A DNA stretch of 64,000 bases, from the sequence record MW822008.1; one strand, written 5' to 3'. The notes under the pieces were generated by a model. The model searched no databases. It was not told where the DNA came from and worked only from the letters and a program-made list of their open reading frames with translations. This document shows positions 1 through 9,243 of the stretch, one piece after another. Made by a program: the position numbers and the translations under genes. The stretch is from Escherichia phage BF17. Numbering within the stretch: the stretch's first letter is position 1; each line of letters opens with the position of its first letter.

Positions 1-276
1 TTGTATATCCAATACGCTACGGTTGATGCTGGAGAATATCTCTACAGTGAAATCTATCGTTCGGTATGGATAAAGTTTTTGGATGAATTACATGAATATT
101 ACCATGATTTGTGCATAGTTCGTGATAATAAAATATACAAATTCCGCGATATTGTTAGTCATAGCGGTAAGCTACGATTGGAATTAAGTACTGATAGTGA
201 TGTTGATTGGATTGGTGTAAATTTACTGGAGTTGGAGAATGAAAAACAACTTAAAGGAAATACAAGTATTTTATAA
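1..276 (+). CDS. hypothetical small protein, possibly 5' truncated by the window edge; small-paralog family
   Basis: ORF track. TTG at position 1 may not be the true start. Size and C-terminal half resemble the neighbouring ~90-aa ORFs. Confidence 0.45.
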   Translation: MYIQYATVDAGEYLYSEIYRSVWIKFLDELHEYYHDLCIVRDNKIYKFRDIVSHSGKLRLELSTDSDVDWIGVNLLELENEKQLKGNTSIL

Positions 277-523
277 ATTCTTATACTTGTCATATGTAAA
301 AGATGAGTACTATGAAAGTGTGTATTATTTTTTATGGCAACATTACCGTACTATAGTAAGAGATTTATATATAGGAAAATCTATCATATCCAATGGTGAA
401 AAATGTATATGTACGGATGTAGTTAGTTTTAATGGTTCTTTAACACTGTGTTTCAGATGCGATAATAATAGTGGGTCATTTTCATTAAACGTATATCAGT
501 TAGAAGGAATAAATTTTGAATAA
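239..523 (+). CDS. small paralog-family protein (Y-I-G-K-x-I core)
   Basis: ORF track. Contains RDLYIGKSIISNG, a motif shared with ORFs at 709, 6308, 7781, 10748 and others. Confidence 0.6.
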   Translation: MKNNLKEIQVFYKFLYLSYVKDEYYESVYYFLWQHYRTIVRDLYIGKSIISNGEKCICTDVVSFNGSLTLCFRCDNNSGSFSLNVYQLEGINFE

Positions 524-716
524 ATGTCCATATTGTAACAGTACTCAATTAGCTCGTTTCCGTTTAGATTCAGACTGGGCGACTGGTGCTGGTGATTTCT
601 TCCCTATTAATGATGATGCGGAATACACCGAAGAACAGCACAAAGATTTTGATAAATCATGGCGACCTGACATTGAGTGCATTTATTGCCTTAATTGTGA
701 GCGTGTTCATGACTAA
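516..716 (+). CDS. small zinc-ribbon protein
   Basis: TTG start overlapping the upstream stop. Two CxxC pairs (CPYC ... CLNC). Confidence 0.55.
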   Translation: MNKCPYCNSTQLARFRLDSDWATGAGDFFPINDDAEYTEEQHKDFDKSWRPDIECIYCLNCERVHD

Positions 717-972
717 AGCTGAACTAATAGTTCATACATATAAAATGATATCAAGTACTGAGTTATCATATAGTGCAGATAATCCAGTACTGGATTATTT
801 TGTTGAATTATTGAAAGAGCATTATATTGGTAAATCACTGATTCTTAATAATATTAATTTCACGGTAAAGGATGTAGCACCTGGAAAAAACGTACTAATA
901 GTATGTGTTACTTCATCTGATAACCCAGTATACCCAATATCAATAATTTTTGAGATATTAGGAGATTTATGA
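709..972 (+). CDS. small paralog-family protein
   Basis: Internal ATG at 709 of track ORF 586..972, overlapping the upstream stop at 714..716. Contains motif EHYIGKSLILNN. Confidence 0.6.
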   Translation: MTKAELIVHTYKMISSTELSYSADNPVLDYFVELLKEHYIGKSLILNNINFTVKDVAPGKNVLIVCVTSSDNPVYPISIIFEILGDL

Positions 973-1259
973 ATATCATTTTAATGCAGAAAACATATGC
1001 TATATTGGTGAAAGATTATTCCATTACTTTCGATTCACAAGAAAGTGCTCTACATAACCTATACAAAAACGTAACACAAGAATACAGAAATATGTTTTCT
1101 GACTTAGTAGTAGGAAGGTATTTCAGTACTAGAAAATACCCAAAACTTCAAATAGTTGATGTTTCTTTTTATTTCAATGGTCATATTACTATTCATAGTT
1201 TAGACCAAGATTCAACAACGTACTTAAACTTTTCATTTGATGAGGTAACATTTTTATGA
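969..1259 (+). CDS. small paralog-family protein
   Basis: ATGA overlap with the upstream stop. Contains SDLVVGRYFS, a variant of the family motif. Confidence 0.6.
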   Translation: MNIILMQKTYAILVKDYSITFDSQESALHNLYKNVTQEYRNMFSDLVVGRYFSTRKYPKLQIVDVSFYFNGHITIHSLDQDSTTYLNFSFDEVTFL

Positions 1260-1432
1260 GAACAGTATTTTTTATCTGGAGTCTTTTTTCATTGGCAGTA
1301 CTGACAGTATGTGGGATTTGTTTCCTTTCATCAATTAATACTTGGTATATCAATTTACTATTTCCATTTGTCGGTGTTGGTTTAGGGTTTACTTTGCATA
1401 GTGTATGTAAGGATTACAATGAGAACAAATGA
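1256..1432 (+). CDS. small membrane protein (58 aa, below the track cutoff)
   Basis: My own translation: MRTVFFIWSLFSLAVLTVCGICF...FPFVGVGLGFTL, giving two hydrophobic segments. ATGA overlap with the upstream stop. Confidence 0.55.
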   Translation: MRTVFFIWSLFSLAVLTVCGICFLSSINTWYINLLFPFVGVGLGFTLHSVCKDYNENK

Positions 1433-1697
1433 AGTACTTATTGCTGAAACAATGAAGATGATTTACAATATCACGTCAGCACAGAATATGCCCTATCCAA
1501 CTAAGTCTTTATTGAGGACTGTGTATCTGGGGATAGTACAGGAGTACTACAAATCCAAGCACCGAAGCATTATTAGTGTTTATCGTGATTATGAAAGGAT
1601 TCGTATTTTATTCTGGAACAAGAATCGAGTACGTTCTGAATGTGACCTAGTGGACTTTAAATTAGAGAATCTTTATTGCTATAAACAGGGACAATAG
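1419..1697 (+). CDS. hypothetical small protein
   Basis: In-frame ATG at 1419 of track ORF 1401..1697, overlapping the stop of the 1256 ORF. Confidence 0.55.
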   Translation: MRTNEVLIAETMKMIYNITSAQNMPYPTKSLLRTVYLGIVQEYYKSKHRSIISVYRDYERIRILFWNKNRVRSECDLVDFKLENLYCYKQGQ

Positions 1698-1715
1698 TTT
1701 AATTCATGATATAAT
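1687..1715 (+). promoter_or_regulatory. promoter: AGGGAC-N17-TATAAT with a TG extension
   Basis: -35-like element at 1687..1692. TGATATAAT at 1707..1715. Gene start at 1756. Confidence 0.55.
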
Positions 1716-1755
1716 AATGGGTAAGGAACAATAATTAACACAAGGAGTGTGTGAA

Positions 1756-2484
1756 ATGCTTGACCGTATCCGTTTCGCTACAGAGATGGCGAATGAATTA
1801 AACATGGCAAATTTCCAAATGTTAACATCAGTAATGGCTGAACATGCATGTGCTTATTCTGTAAGTGGTGTGCAGTGTGGTCAGGAGAATATGTTAGCAG
1901 ATGTTTATAGTGAAGTGCAAAGTAAGCAATATAGTGTGAAGACATATAAGGATAAGTTTGTTAGTCTTTATATGAACGAAGATATTGCCGAAGACCGCAA
2001 ATTCACTGATTTTATTATTGAACGCCGAGTATCAGGTGTATCTAATCCTAATGCATCAAGCGAGGAAGTTTTTGCAGAAGTACTGAAAGATATATACGAA
2101 AATGAATTAAAAAGTAAGAATCATTACAATGTACGTGAAACTAACACAGTGCTCTTGGGATATGATGAAGACGAAGAATACTATTATTTTCGTATGACTG
2201 AAGTTCCTTTTGAATACAAATCTCCATATACAACTACAGTGAAAGAATTTACTGAAAAAAGTAAAAACTTCATGAAGCATGAAGGAAATCGTTGTAGTAT
2301 AAATGGTTATGACGAAAATGGCATTCACATTTATGAGTGGGTTCACCCAAATTGTCAGACATACACTCGTTGCTTGAAAAAACGTTATAATTTAGAAGAG
2401 CATGAATCATTCTATTTTAAAGTTAAGAAGCAAGGTTATACTCGCCCCGCTGATTCTGAATTGTTGGGTATGATATATTTCTAA
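1756..2484 (+). CDS. hypothetical protein
   Basis: ATG at 1756 preceded by AAGGAG. Promoter-like element at 1687..1715. No domain recognised. Confidence 0.7.
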   Translation: MLDRIRFATEMANELNMANFQMLTSVMAEHACAYSVSGVQCGQENMLADVYSEVQSKQYSVKTYKDKFVSLYMNEDIAEDRKFTDFIIERRVSGVSNPNASSEEVFAEVLKDIYENELKSKNHYNVRETNTVLLGYDEDEEYYYFRMTEVPFEYKSPYTTTVKEFTEKSKNFMKHEGNRCSINGYDENGIHIYEWVHPNCQTYTRCLKKRYNLEEHESFYFKVKKQGYTRPADSELLGMIYF

Positions 2485-2494
2485 GGAAACGGCT

Positions 2495-2776
2495 ATGGAT
2501 TTTTATCTACACACATGGACATACGAACAATATATTACATTATATCTTGAAATTATTAACACAGAACCTAGGTGTGGTTGTTGGTTCGCAGATATCATAA
2601 AAGAGTATGCTGACGAGTTCGAGTTTGTGTATCTTGGGTCTGATATATTTGTAAAAAGTGTAGGTAAAACCGGACGAATCACTGATATAGATTACGACAC
2701 TGTTAGTGTTAATTTCTATGTTGATTTTCCTGATACTGGCGTTGATGGTGTATATTGTCTTTATGAAATAATTTAA
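2495..2776 (+). CDS. hypothetical small protein (paralog-family-like)
   Basis: ORF track. Followed by an intrinsic terminator at 2784. Confidence 0.6.
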   Translation: MDFYLHTWTYEQYITLYLEIINTEPRCGCWFADIIKEYADEFEFVYLGSDIFVKSVGKTGRITDIDYDTVSVNFYVDFPDTGVDGVYCLYEII

Positions 2777-2783
2777 ATTCTTA

Positions 2784-2807
2784 GGCCAGCGTTTGCTGGT
2801 CTTTTTT
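2784..2807 (+). terminator. intrinsic terminator
   Basis: GGCCAGC-GTTT-GCTGGTC followed by T6. Confidence 0.7.
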
Positions 2808-2820
2808 CGCAGGTACAAAG

Positions 2821-3123
2821 ATGTTCAGTATAGATTTAATTAACAGTACTATCAAAATGTTGGCTGATTTGGTGAGACAATCCAATGGAACTTTATATCC
2901 ATCAATGTATAAAATGTTTGACCGATACATCAAGGATTGTAACATATCATTATATGGACTTACTGTTGATATAGACGATTACTATGGAATTAATACTTCA
3001 TATAAAACAGGAATTTTAATTGGTATTAATATAAAGATGGGGTATTTCCCTTATTACTGTATAGGATTACCAGATAATACTTTGGTAGAATATCCAGCCA
3101 GTACTATTAAATTAAGAGGATAA
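2821..3123 (+). CDS. hypothetical small protein
   Basis: ORF track. No domain recognised. Confidence 0.6.
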   Translation: MFSIDLINSTIKMLADLVRQSNGTLYPSMYKMFDRYIKDCNISLYGLTVDIDDYYGINTSYKTGILIGINIKMGYFPYYCIGLPDNTLVEYPASTIKLRG

Positions 3124-3130
3124 AACTAAA

Positions 3131-3709
3131 ATGAATGTATTAGAATTAAGTACTAAGCTGATTAGTATGCGTAATGAGTGGTACGATTGGTTTTATAATG
3201 GTACTGATATGAATTTTTCAAAATATCCATTTATGGAATCAGGATGTGATTCAAGATACCGCTGGTTGAGCAAAAGTGATTCTGGTTTACATATTAGAAT
3301 CGATGATAGTGGTCGAGGAATTATACACGATTTACTTCAAGTTGATCAATTCGTCCATGACAATTGGTGTGATAACGATCCATACCTTGGAAATATGATT
3401 TATATAAGTGAAGATGATTGCGTATTCGTTATCCAGCGACATGGTAATTCTATGTTTTATGTAGCAGACAGCAGTACACCAGAAGGTGCAGCAGCCGATG
3501 GACTTATGCCTAAGATTGATATATTGGAATTTGGATTACCTGAGCACTTCCAGATTAGTACTTTATACGATATTCCACCACTTGAGTTCTTTGAAGAATT
3601 TAAATTGTACTTCAATGATCTTCAAAAATTGAGTACTGATAGACGCATTGAAATAACTGTTAAGTACATGGACGGAACGAAATTAACCGATACGGGGATA
3701 GAATTTTGA
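3131..3709 (+). CDS. hypothetical protein
   Basis: ORF track. No domain recognised. Confidence 0.65.
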   Translation: MNVLELSTKLISMRNEWYDWFYNGTDMNFSKYPFMESGCDSRYRWLSKSDSGLHIRIDDSGRGIIHDLLQVDQFVHDNWCDNDPYLGNMIYISEDDCVFVIQRHGNSMFYVADSSTPEGAAADGLMPKIDILEFGLPEHFQISTLYDIPPLEFFEEFKLYFNDLQKLSTDRRIEITVKYMDGTKLTDTGIEF

Positions 3710-4395
3710 TTAAAGATTTAGATAGAATTTTATATGTACTAAGGGGTGTAATTACATTACATCCACAAATCAATCGAATTGAAAGTACATTTCAGTTGGA
3801 GTCAAGAGAAACTCCATATTCACATATATCAAATGTAGTTGGTTCACTCAGTACTGAAGACTCGTCTTACGATATTTGTGTATGTGAAGTACAACCAAGT
3901 TCGGATCTTGGATTTGCTATTTTTGATAAAAATCAAAATCTCATTAGTATGTTTCAGTGCAATAATCCTTTTTGGAAAACATGCCTGTATCCAGAGTGGG
4001 CTATGCTTGATCCAACCAAGAGTACCATTAAAGTTTATGACTCTAAAAATGATGAAGTCGTTATTGATTTAGATGAGTCAATGTCAGAGGAAGAACACTT
4101 TCAGCTAATGATGATGCGTGCTATGCCTGAATACAATGCAATGATTAACACAGTGCAATACATTAAGGATACCATGCCAGCGTTGCGTACACATGAGTTT
4201 TGTCATCCGGTATTGTATGAACATCTAGATTTAGACTTCAGTACTATTAAATTTAAAGATAGTGTTAAAAAATATATTCAAGAGAATGTTAAATTTGATT
4301 TTATTAGTACTATGAACAATAATCCAAAAACTAATTTTAGGCATCAGTACAATGAATCTTTGTCTAATGGACGTGATACCAGTTGGTGGAAATAA
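3706..4395 (+). CDS. hypothetical protein
   Basis: TTG start overlapping the upstream TGA. The alternative-frame ORF 3839..4072 was rejected. Confidence 0.6.
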   Translation: MIKDLDRILYVLRGVITLHPQINRIESTFQLESRETPYSHISNVVGSLSTEDSSYDICVCEVQPSSDLGFAIFDKNQNLISMFQCNNPFWKTCLYPEWAMLDPTKSTIKVYDSKNDEVVIDLDESMSEEEHFQLMMMRAMPEYNAMINTVQYIKDTMPALRTHEFCHPVLYEHLDLDFSTIKFKDSVKKYIQENVKFDFISTMNNNPKTNFRHQYNESLSNGRDTSWWK

Positions 4396-4396
4396 T

Positions 4397-4660
4397 ATGA
4401 ATATTCAAGATAGATTACAATTACTGTACACACTTGAACAGGCTGCTTATGATCTTGTTCGAAAAATCTCAGATGAACTACCTAAAGGAACTAAAGTTCG
4501 TGTACGTGAGATGAATTATTTTTCTGGAGTAATTGAAGAACAAGTACTAACAGTGAATAAAGTAACATACTATGAATCTGAGTTGTCTATTCAGTGTGAA
4601 TCTGATGATGGATTAATATCATATTATGGAACTGATGTAGATATAGAGGTAATAAAATGA
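4397..4660 (+). CDS. small paralog-family protein
   Basis: ATG at 4397 after GGTGGA. Contains LPKGTKVRVREMNYFSGVIE, a variant of the family core. Confidence 0.6.
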   Translation: MNIQDRLQLLYTLEQAAYDLVRKISDELPKGTKVRVREMNYFSGVIEEQVLTVNKVTYYESELSIQCESDDGLISYYGTDVDIEVIK

Positions 4661-5799
4661 CCCTTTTGCAAATATATGAAGATTTAATGCACTTATGTAA
4701 TACAAACGATGCATTCTTTTATGTGGATCATAAAAGTCCTGCTGGTGGCACGTATCGTGTATTCAGTTATCGTCTAGCATCATACACTGATTTCATGCAA
4801 CCAAATGCGTTGGAAACCCGTGGCTCTATGTGGGAAATTGATGAAGAAGGTGACATGATACGTTGTGCAGCACGTACAATGAAAAAGTTCTTCAATGCTT
4901 ACGAGAATCCTGCTACAATGTTCCCTGCTAACACCACATGCGATGACATTGCGGTAGTGATGCCTAAGTTGGATGGCTCGATCATCAGTACTTATCGTGA
5001 TAATGATGGTGAGATTCGTTGTAAATCACATACTGCATTGTATTCTGACCATGCGATTAACAGCACTCGACTTATTAACGAGAACCAGAATTTGTATCAG
5101 TACATCGACGAAGCGGAACGTTTAGGTTACACAGTTAATATGGAGTATACAAGCCCAGAGTACCGAATTGTATTACCATATCAGGTAGAACAACTGTTTG
5201 TACTGAACGTTCGTCATCGTGTGAGTGGTGAGTTGCTTTGTGGTAAAGCACTACGTGATAAGTTTCCATGTCTTGCACAGTACAGTACTAATATGACTGG
5301 AAAAGATATTCATCACACTTTTCCGGTACGAAATACCTTCCGTGAAAGCGTGGAGGAAGTTCATAAAATGCTTGATATTGAGGGTTTTGTGTGCATCCTA
5401 AATAATGGGACAATGTGTAAAATAAAGACTGACTGGTACAGTTCATTACATCTTACAAAAGATAGTATTATTATTGATTCTCATTTATATGAAGCAGTAT
5501 TAAATGGTTCAAGTGATGATTTAAAACAATTGTTCAGTACTGATGAATATGCTATGCAAAAGATATTAAGAATGGAACAATTGGTATTTTCGTGCTATAA
5601 TGCATTACAAGATGAAGTAGAAAGCTTCGTCAAGGAACACAAGCACTTGGAGCGAAAGGAATTCGCAATGAAGGTTCAGGAGTGTTTAACTAATGAACTG
5701 AATCGTCAGGGCTTGGCCTTTGCAATGTATAACAATAAGAAAGTTGATTACAAAGAGACTCTTATAAAATACATGAAAATTGTACTAAAGGATTTTTAG
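4657..5799 (+). CDS. rnlA: RNA ligase 1 (T4 RnlA-like)
   Basis: N-terminus aligns with my recollection of T4 RnlA (YRVFSYRLASYTDF, ETRGSMWE, KKFFNAYENP). Also has the nucleotidyl-transferase motif I KLDGS and a later KIKTDWY motif. Confidence 0.88.
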   Translation: MTLLQIYEDLMHLCNTNDAFFYVDHKSPAGGTYRVFSYRLASYTDFMQPNALETRGSMWEIDEEGDMIRCAARTMKKFFNAYENPATMFPANTTCDDIAVVMPKLDGSIISTYRDNDGEIRCKSHTALYSDHAINSTRLINENQNLYQYIDEAERLGYTVNMEYTSPEYRIVLPYQVEQLFVLNVRHRVSGELLCGKALRDKFPCLAQYSTNMTGKDIHHTFPVRNTFRESVEEVHKMLDIEGFVCILNNGTMCKIKTDWYSSLHLTKDSIIIDSHLYEAVLNGSSDDLKQLFSTDEYAMQKILRMEQLVFSCYNALQDEVESFVKEHKHLERKEFAMKVQECLTNELNRQGLAFAMYNNKKVDYKETLIKYMKIVLKDF

Positions 5800-5829
5800 T
5801 ACTATCTAGCCTAAGCACAAGGAGAAGTG

Positions 5830-6084
5830 ATGGCTAAACCTAAGTATAAAAATGACGGTTCCCTTTCTCCGACTGAGTTCAGGAAAATACAAGAAGAAAT
5901 CGATGAATTACAGCACAAACGCTCAATGAAAGGTGTGAAGATAAGTAAGAAACGAATCGAGAATACCTTCGGATGTAGTAGTACTGAATACAAGAAGAAA
6001 AGGAAACCAAAAGGTGTTAAGCCGAGAATACATGATGTAACTCGCTATACATCGAAACGTGAAAATAAATTTGATCCACTATAA
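5830..6084 (+). CDS. small lysine-rich basic protein
   Basis: ATG at 5830 after AAGGAG. Highly basic composition. Confidence 0.6.
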   Translation: MAKPKYKNDGSLSPTEFRKIQEEIDELQHKRSMKGVKISKKRIENTFGCSSTEYKKKRKPKGVKPRIHDVTRYTSKRENKFDPL

Positions 6085-6093
6085 GGAGTTCAT

Positions 6094-6330
6094 ATGAAAG
6101 TTGAAGTTCAGCATAGTATTGTTCAGGATATGTCAGTAGTTAAATTTCTTTCTCTGAAAGATTACTTCAGATGTATCAAGTTCCTAGAAGAATCTCAATT
6201 ACAGTGGACCCCATTAAAGTACAGTTCATCCAATGATACTGCTAGTATTCGTTGTGATGAATCTGTACTTGTGAAAATCTCCAAGCGATTTGGAGTTGGG
6301 AAATATAATGATAAACAATGCACAAAGTAA
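6094..6330 (+). CDS. hypothetical small protein
   Basis: ORF track. AGGAG lies upstream. Confidence 0.6.
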   Translation: MKVEVQHSIVQDMSVVKFLSLKDYFRCIKFLEESQLQWTPLKYSSSNDTASIRCDESVLVKISKRFGVGKYNDKQCTK

Positions 6331-6619
6331 TTTACTATATATAAAGTCAGTAGAAGCTGAAATTAAAAATTCAGTACAAACTATCGTCGATGAAATGATT
6401 GACAAATACAAGAGCAATCTTATTGGGAAGAAAGTCAGATGTTGGGATTACACATTCAAACACTGGTACGATTCCGAGATTGTGAAAGTTGATGTGAATA
6501 CTGATAGTAATGGTCTAATTAATGGTATTGCGTATATTGGTGTTTTAATACGCAAGGGAACACCACAGGAATGGCTAACTTATCATAATATAGAGCATGT
6601 TAAATTTTTAGAGGATTAA
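6308..6619 (+). CDS. small paralog-family protein
   Basis: ATG at 6308. Contains motif KSNLIGKKVRCWDY. Confidence 0.6.
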   Translation: MINNAQSNLLYIKSVEAEIKNSVQTIVDEMIDKYKSNLIGKKVRCWDYTFKHWYDSEIVKVDVNTDSNGLINGIAYIGVLIRKGTPQEWLTYHNIEHVKFLED

Positions 6620-6622
6620 AGG

Positions 6623-7555
6623 ATGCCAACTATCACACTAACAGTTGGATTGCCTGGGTGTGGTAAAACTACATGGGCAGTGCAAGAGATTAAAAACGCC
6701 AAATCCAAGACTATCAACATCAACCGTGATGATATTCGTGAATCTATGGCTGGGTCACATGATGCTTACAAATTCAACGATGCTAATGAGCAGTACGTAA
6801 CTAATTTACAGTTCAGTGCAGCAAATTCAGCAGCAGAGAATGGTTGGAACATCATCATATCCGATACAAACCTTAAACAACATTTCCGTAATCTCTGGAA
6901 AGTATGGGCTAAAGATAATGGTTATGATTACAAAGAAAAGAACTTCTATGATGATTTTGTACCTAATGAAGACCGTGGTGCAGATGTTCATGAATTCTTT
7001 AAGATTAAAGAGTTCGTAAAACTTTGTAAGAAATATAACCTCCAGCGTGAGCGTTCAGTACAAGATGATATCATTGACACAATGGCAGATACGTACTATT
7101 ATAGTAAGGCATTACACATTGGTTACTATGGTAATTCACGCGAAGCTGCTATCATCGTTGATATCGATGGAACTCTTGCTCATAAATGGGGTCGTAATCC
7201 TTACGATGAAAGTACTGTTCTTCAGGATACACCTGATGAAGAAGTTATTTTGTCTATTATCGCTGAAGCAGTTTTTCATAAACGCAAGATTATCGTCATG
7301 AGTGGGCGTACTGAAGGGTGTCGTGCTGATACCGAACAGTGGCTTAAGAATTGGGGTGTTCCTTACGATGCATTGTTTATGCGAGATATCGATGATAAAC
7401 GTCCTGATGATGTTGTAAAATTCGACCTGTACATGAAAAATGTGGTTGATCATTACGATGTTAAAAAGGTATATGATGACCGCGATCAAGTTGTATTCAT
7501 GTGGCGTAAGCTACTTGGGTTGAAAGTTTTCCAAGTGGCTGAAGGAAATTTCTAA
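6623..7555 (+). CDS. pseT: polynucleotide 5'-kinase / 3'-phosphatase (T4 PseT-like)
   Basis: N-terminal P-loop GLPGCGKTT, then the HAD phosphatase motif DIDGTLA. Size matches PseT. Terminator follows at 7563. Confidence 0.88.
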   Translation: MPTITLTVGLPGCGKTTWAVQEIKNAKSKTININRDDIRESMAGSHDAYKFNDANEQYVTNLQFSAANSAAENGWNIIISDTNLKQHFRNLWKVWAKDNGYDYKEKNFYDDFVPNEDRGADVHEFFKIKEFVKLCKKYNLQRERSVQDDIIDTMADTYYYSKALHIGYYGNSREAAIIVDIDGTLAHKWGRNPYDESTVLQDTPDEEVILSIIAEAVFHKRKIIVMSGRTEGCRADTEQWLKNWGVPYDALFMRDIDDKRPDDVVKFDLYMKNVVDHYDVKKVYDDRDQVVFMWRKLLGLKVFQVAEGNF

Positions 7556-7562
7556 TACAAAA

Positions 7563-7590
7563 GGGATCATATATTGGTCCCTTTTTCTTT
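7563..7590 (+). terminator. intrinsic terminator after pseT
   Basis: GGGATCA-TATAT-TGGTCCC followed by TTTTTCTTTT. Confidence 0.7.
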
Positions 7591-7622
7591 TAAGGTACAT
7601 TATAGTGAATGTAACAACACAG

Positions 7623-7781
7623 ATGTTATTACAAAAAGACTACTTAGAAAATATAGAACGATACTATAGATTGTCTTTGTATGAAAATAAGCATAAAAAT
7701 TATAGTTTTGATAAACTACTAAATTCCAGTACTGATGATTATCTATTTTCATCAATGTTTTATGTGAGAGGTTTATTATAA
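7623..7781 (+). CDS. hypothetical small protein (52 aa, below the track cutoff)
   Basis: My own translation: MLLQKDYLENIERYYRLSLYENKHKNY... Its TAA stop overlaps the next ATG (TAATG). Confidence 0.4.
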   Translation: MLLQKDYLENIERYYRLSLYENKHKNYSFDKLLNSSTDDYLFSSMFYVRGLL

Positions 7782-8041
7782 TGGATAAATTTCACACAGA
7801 TATAACACAGATAGGTAATCTTATCAATAGTCTAATTACTGATTTAGAAGAAAAGTACTTAGGTCGAAATGTATACGTAGAAATGTATGAAACATATGGT
7901 GTTATTGATATGATTTATTACAGTGCATTGAAGTGTGAAATACGTTTAACAGTATGTTTGTTTGAAAAAAATACATTCAACAGAAGTACTGCAATTCGCC
8001 AAGTTGGAGTTGATGATATAGAATTATACGAGGAACAATGA
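7781..8041 (+). CDS. small paralog-family protein
   Basis: Contains motif EEKYLGRNVYVEMYE. Confidence 0.6.
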   Translation: MDKFHTDITQIGNLINSLITDLEEKYLGRNVYVEMYETYGVIDMIYYSALKCEIRLTVCLFEKNTFNRSTAIRQVGVDDIELYEEQ

Positions 8042-8292
8042 TGTTTGAGCAGGACTTAGAGATATTCAAAAGTCATATTGATTACTTGACTATATTAGAA
8101 AATGATTTAACTACAAAGTACAAAGGCATTCGTGTTCTGTGCTGGTATGATGATTGGGATTATAAACGTGAACTCACGATTGATCGAATTTATTTCAGTG
8201 ACGGTGTACTAAATGTACATGGTGTAAATGATTTTGGTCATTCATATACATATTCTAATAATGCTAAATTTAAAAGGATCTACAATGAATGA
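8038..8292 (+). CDS. small paralog-family protein
   Basis: ATGATG overlap with the upstream ORF. Contains motif TTKYKGIRVLCWYDD. Confidence 0.6.
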   Translation: MMFEQDLEIFKSHIDYLTILENDLTTKYKGIRVLCWYDDWDYKRELTIDRIYFSDGVLNVHGVNDFGHSYTYSNNAKFKRIYNE

Positions 8293-8587
8293 ATATTATC
8301 ATAATTTATTCGATTACATAAAACTAATAGATGATCTTTCTTTTGAATTTCTCAGTACTGAAAAAGTTCTTGAACCTCTCTATTATGATTGTATTAGTTC
8401 ACTATGTTTAGATGAAAAAGAGATATTAGCAAACAACTTACCATCCACGGTCTGTACAATCAATGGTTCCAAGGCATTAGTGTGCGAGGTTAATTTTCAT
8501 AAATCACTTAATACAATTGTTTACAAGTTCGATAACACTTGGGTAAATCATGTAACCAGTAATATTAAATCTGTGAGATTTTTATGA
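8285..8587 (+). CDS. hypothetical small protein
   Basis: Internal ATG at 8285 of the track ORF, overlapping the upstream stop. Confidence 0.55.
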   Translation: MNEYYHNLFDYIKLIDDLSFEFLSTEKVLEPLYYDCISSLCLDEKEILANNLPSTVCTINGSKALVCEVNFHKSLNTIVYKFDNTWVNHVTSNIKSVRFL

Positions 8588-8880
8588 ATATAAAAAAATT
8601 ATTTGAACAAGTAAATTTATTGTACTGGTGTTCAGACGGTTCAGATAAGGAATATAGTGAAGTTTATTTAGAACTGTTTAGAACTGAAATTCATCAAATT
8701 CGAAGATACCTAATTGATAACAAAACTAAAGTACAAGTAAGATACCATAACGGTACTTTAAAGAATGGTGTAATTATTGGATTGATAGTTACACGAATGT
8801 CTAATAATATTAAAGTTGCAGTTAGATTAATGACTGATGATGGTGTCTACACAATAGAAGCTAGTGAGATTATATATTAA
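8584..8880 (+). CDS. small paralog-family protein
   Basis: ATGA overlap with the upstream stop. Contains the KTKVQVRYHNGTLKNGVIIG core. Confidence 0.6.
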   Translation: MNIKKLFEQVNLLYWCSDGSDKEYSEVYLELFRTEIHQIRRYLIDNKTKVQVRYHNGTLKNGVIIGLIVTRMSNNIKVAVRLMTDDGVYTIEASEIIY

Positions 8881-9186
8881 ATGGATATACAAACATTCAA
8901 TAAACTTAAGTACTATGATGATGGTTTTGCATTAATAATTAACGAACTTGATGGAATACCATACGAATATCATAATCAAGTAATGAAGATAATAAAATGT
9001 ATATGTGAAGAATTAAAAAGTATATTTAAAAATGAATATGTTTATGATTTAGGTAATAATAGCAAAAAACTATACATAAAGAAATTCTGGGGAACGCATT
9101 GCGGTTTGATGGTCGATTTAGGTTTAAGTTTAGACGATAATTCTGAATCATGTTCATTATATATAGATGAAATGCGAATATCATGA
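8881..9186 (+). CDS. hypothetical small protein
   Basis: ORF track. Starts immediately after the upstream stop. Confidence 0.6.
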   Translation: MDIQTFNKLKYYDDGFALIINELDGIPYEYHNQVMKIIKCICEELKSIFKNEYVYDLGNNSKKLYIKKFWGTHCGLMVDLGLSLDDNSESCSLYIDEMRIS

Positions 9187-9212
9187 GACGTATCAGAATT
9201 CGGTGATATAAT
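9184..9212 (+). promoter_or_regulatory. promoter: TGAGAC-N17-TATAAT with a TG extension
   Basis: TGATATAAT at 9204..9212. Gene start at 9244. Confidence 0.55.
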
Positions 9213-9243
9213 TTGATTACATCACCAATAGGGAGAAGTTGAA

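Noticed and set aside
2107-2346. Minus-strand and alternative-frame ORFs in the track. Examples are 2107..2346, 2540..2818, 5811..5993, 6226..6417, 7136..7489, 9026..9280, 9698..10015, 9702..9887, 12910..13134, 13436..13717, 14886..15212, 17388..17690, 25403..25669, 27952..28294, 35047..35319, 38276..38473, 48200..48388, 53951..54253, 58574..59066 and 61999..62283.
   Set aside because: Each lies entirely inside a well-supported plus-strand gene. Each lacks an RBS and has the low-complexity Ile/Phe/Asn/Lys composition expected from antisense or shifted reading of AT-rich coding DNA.
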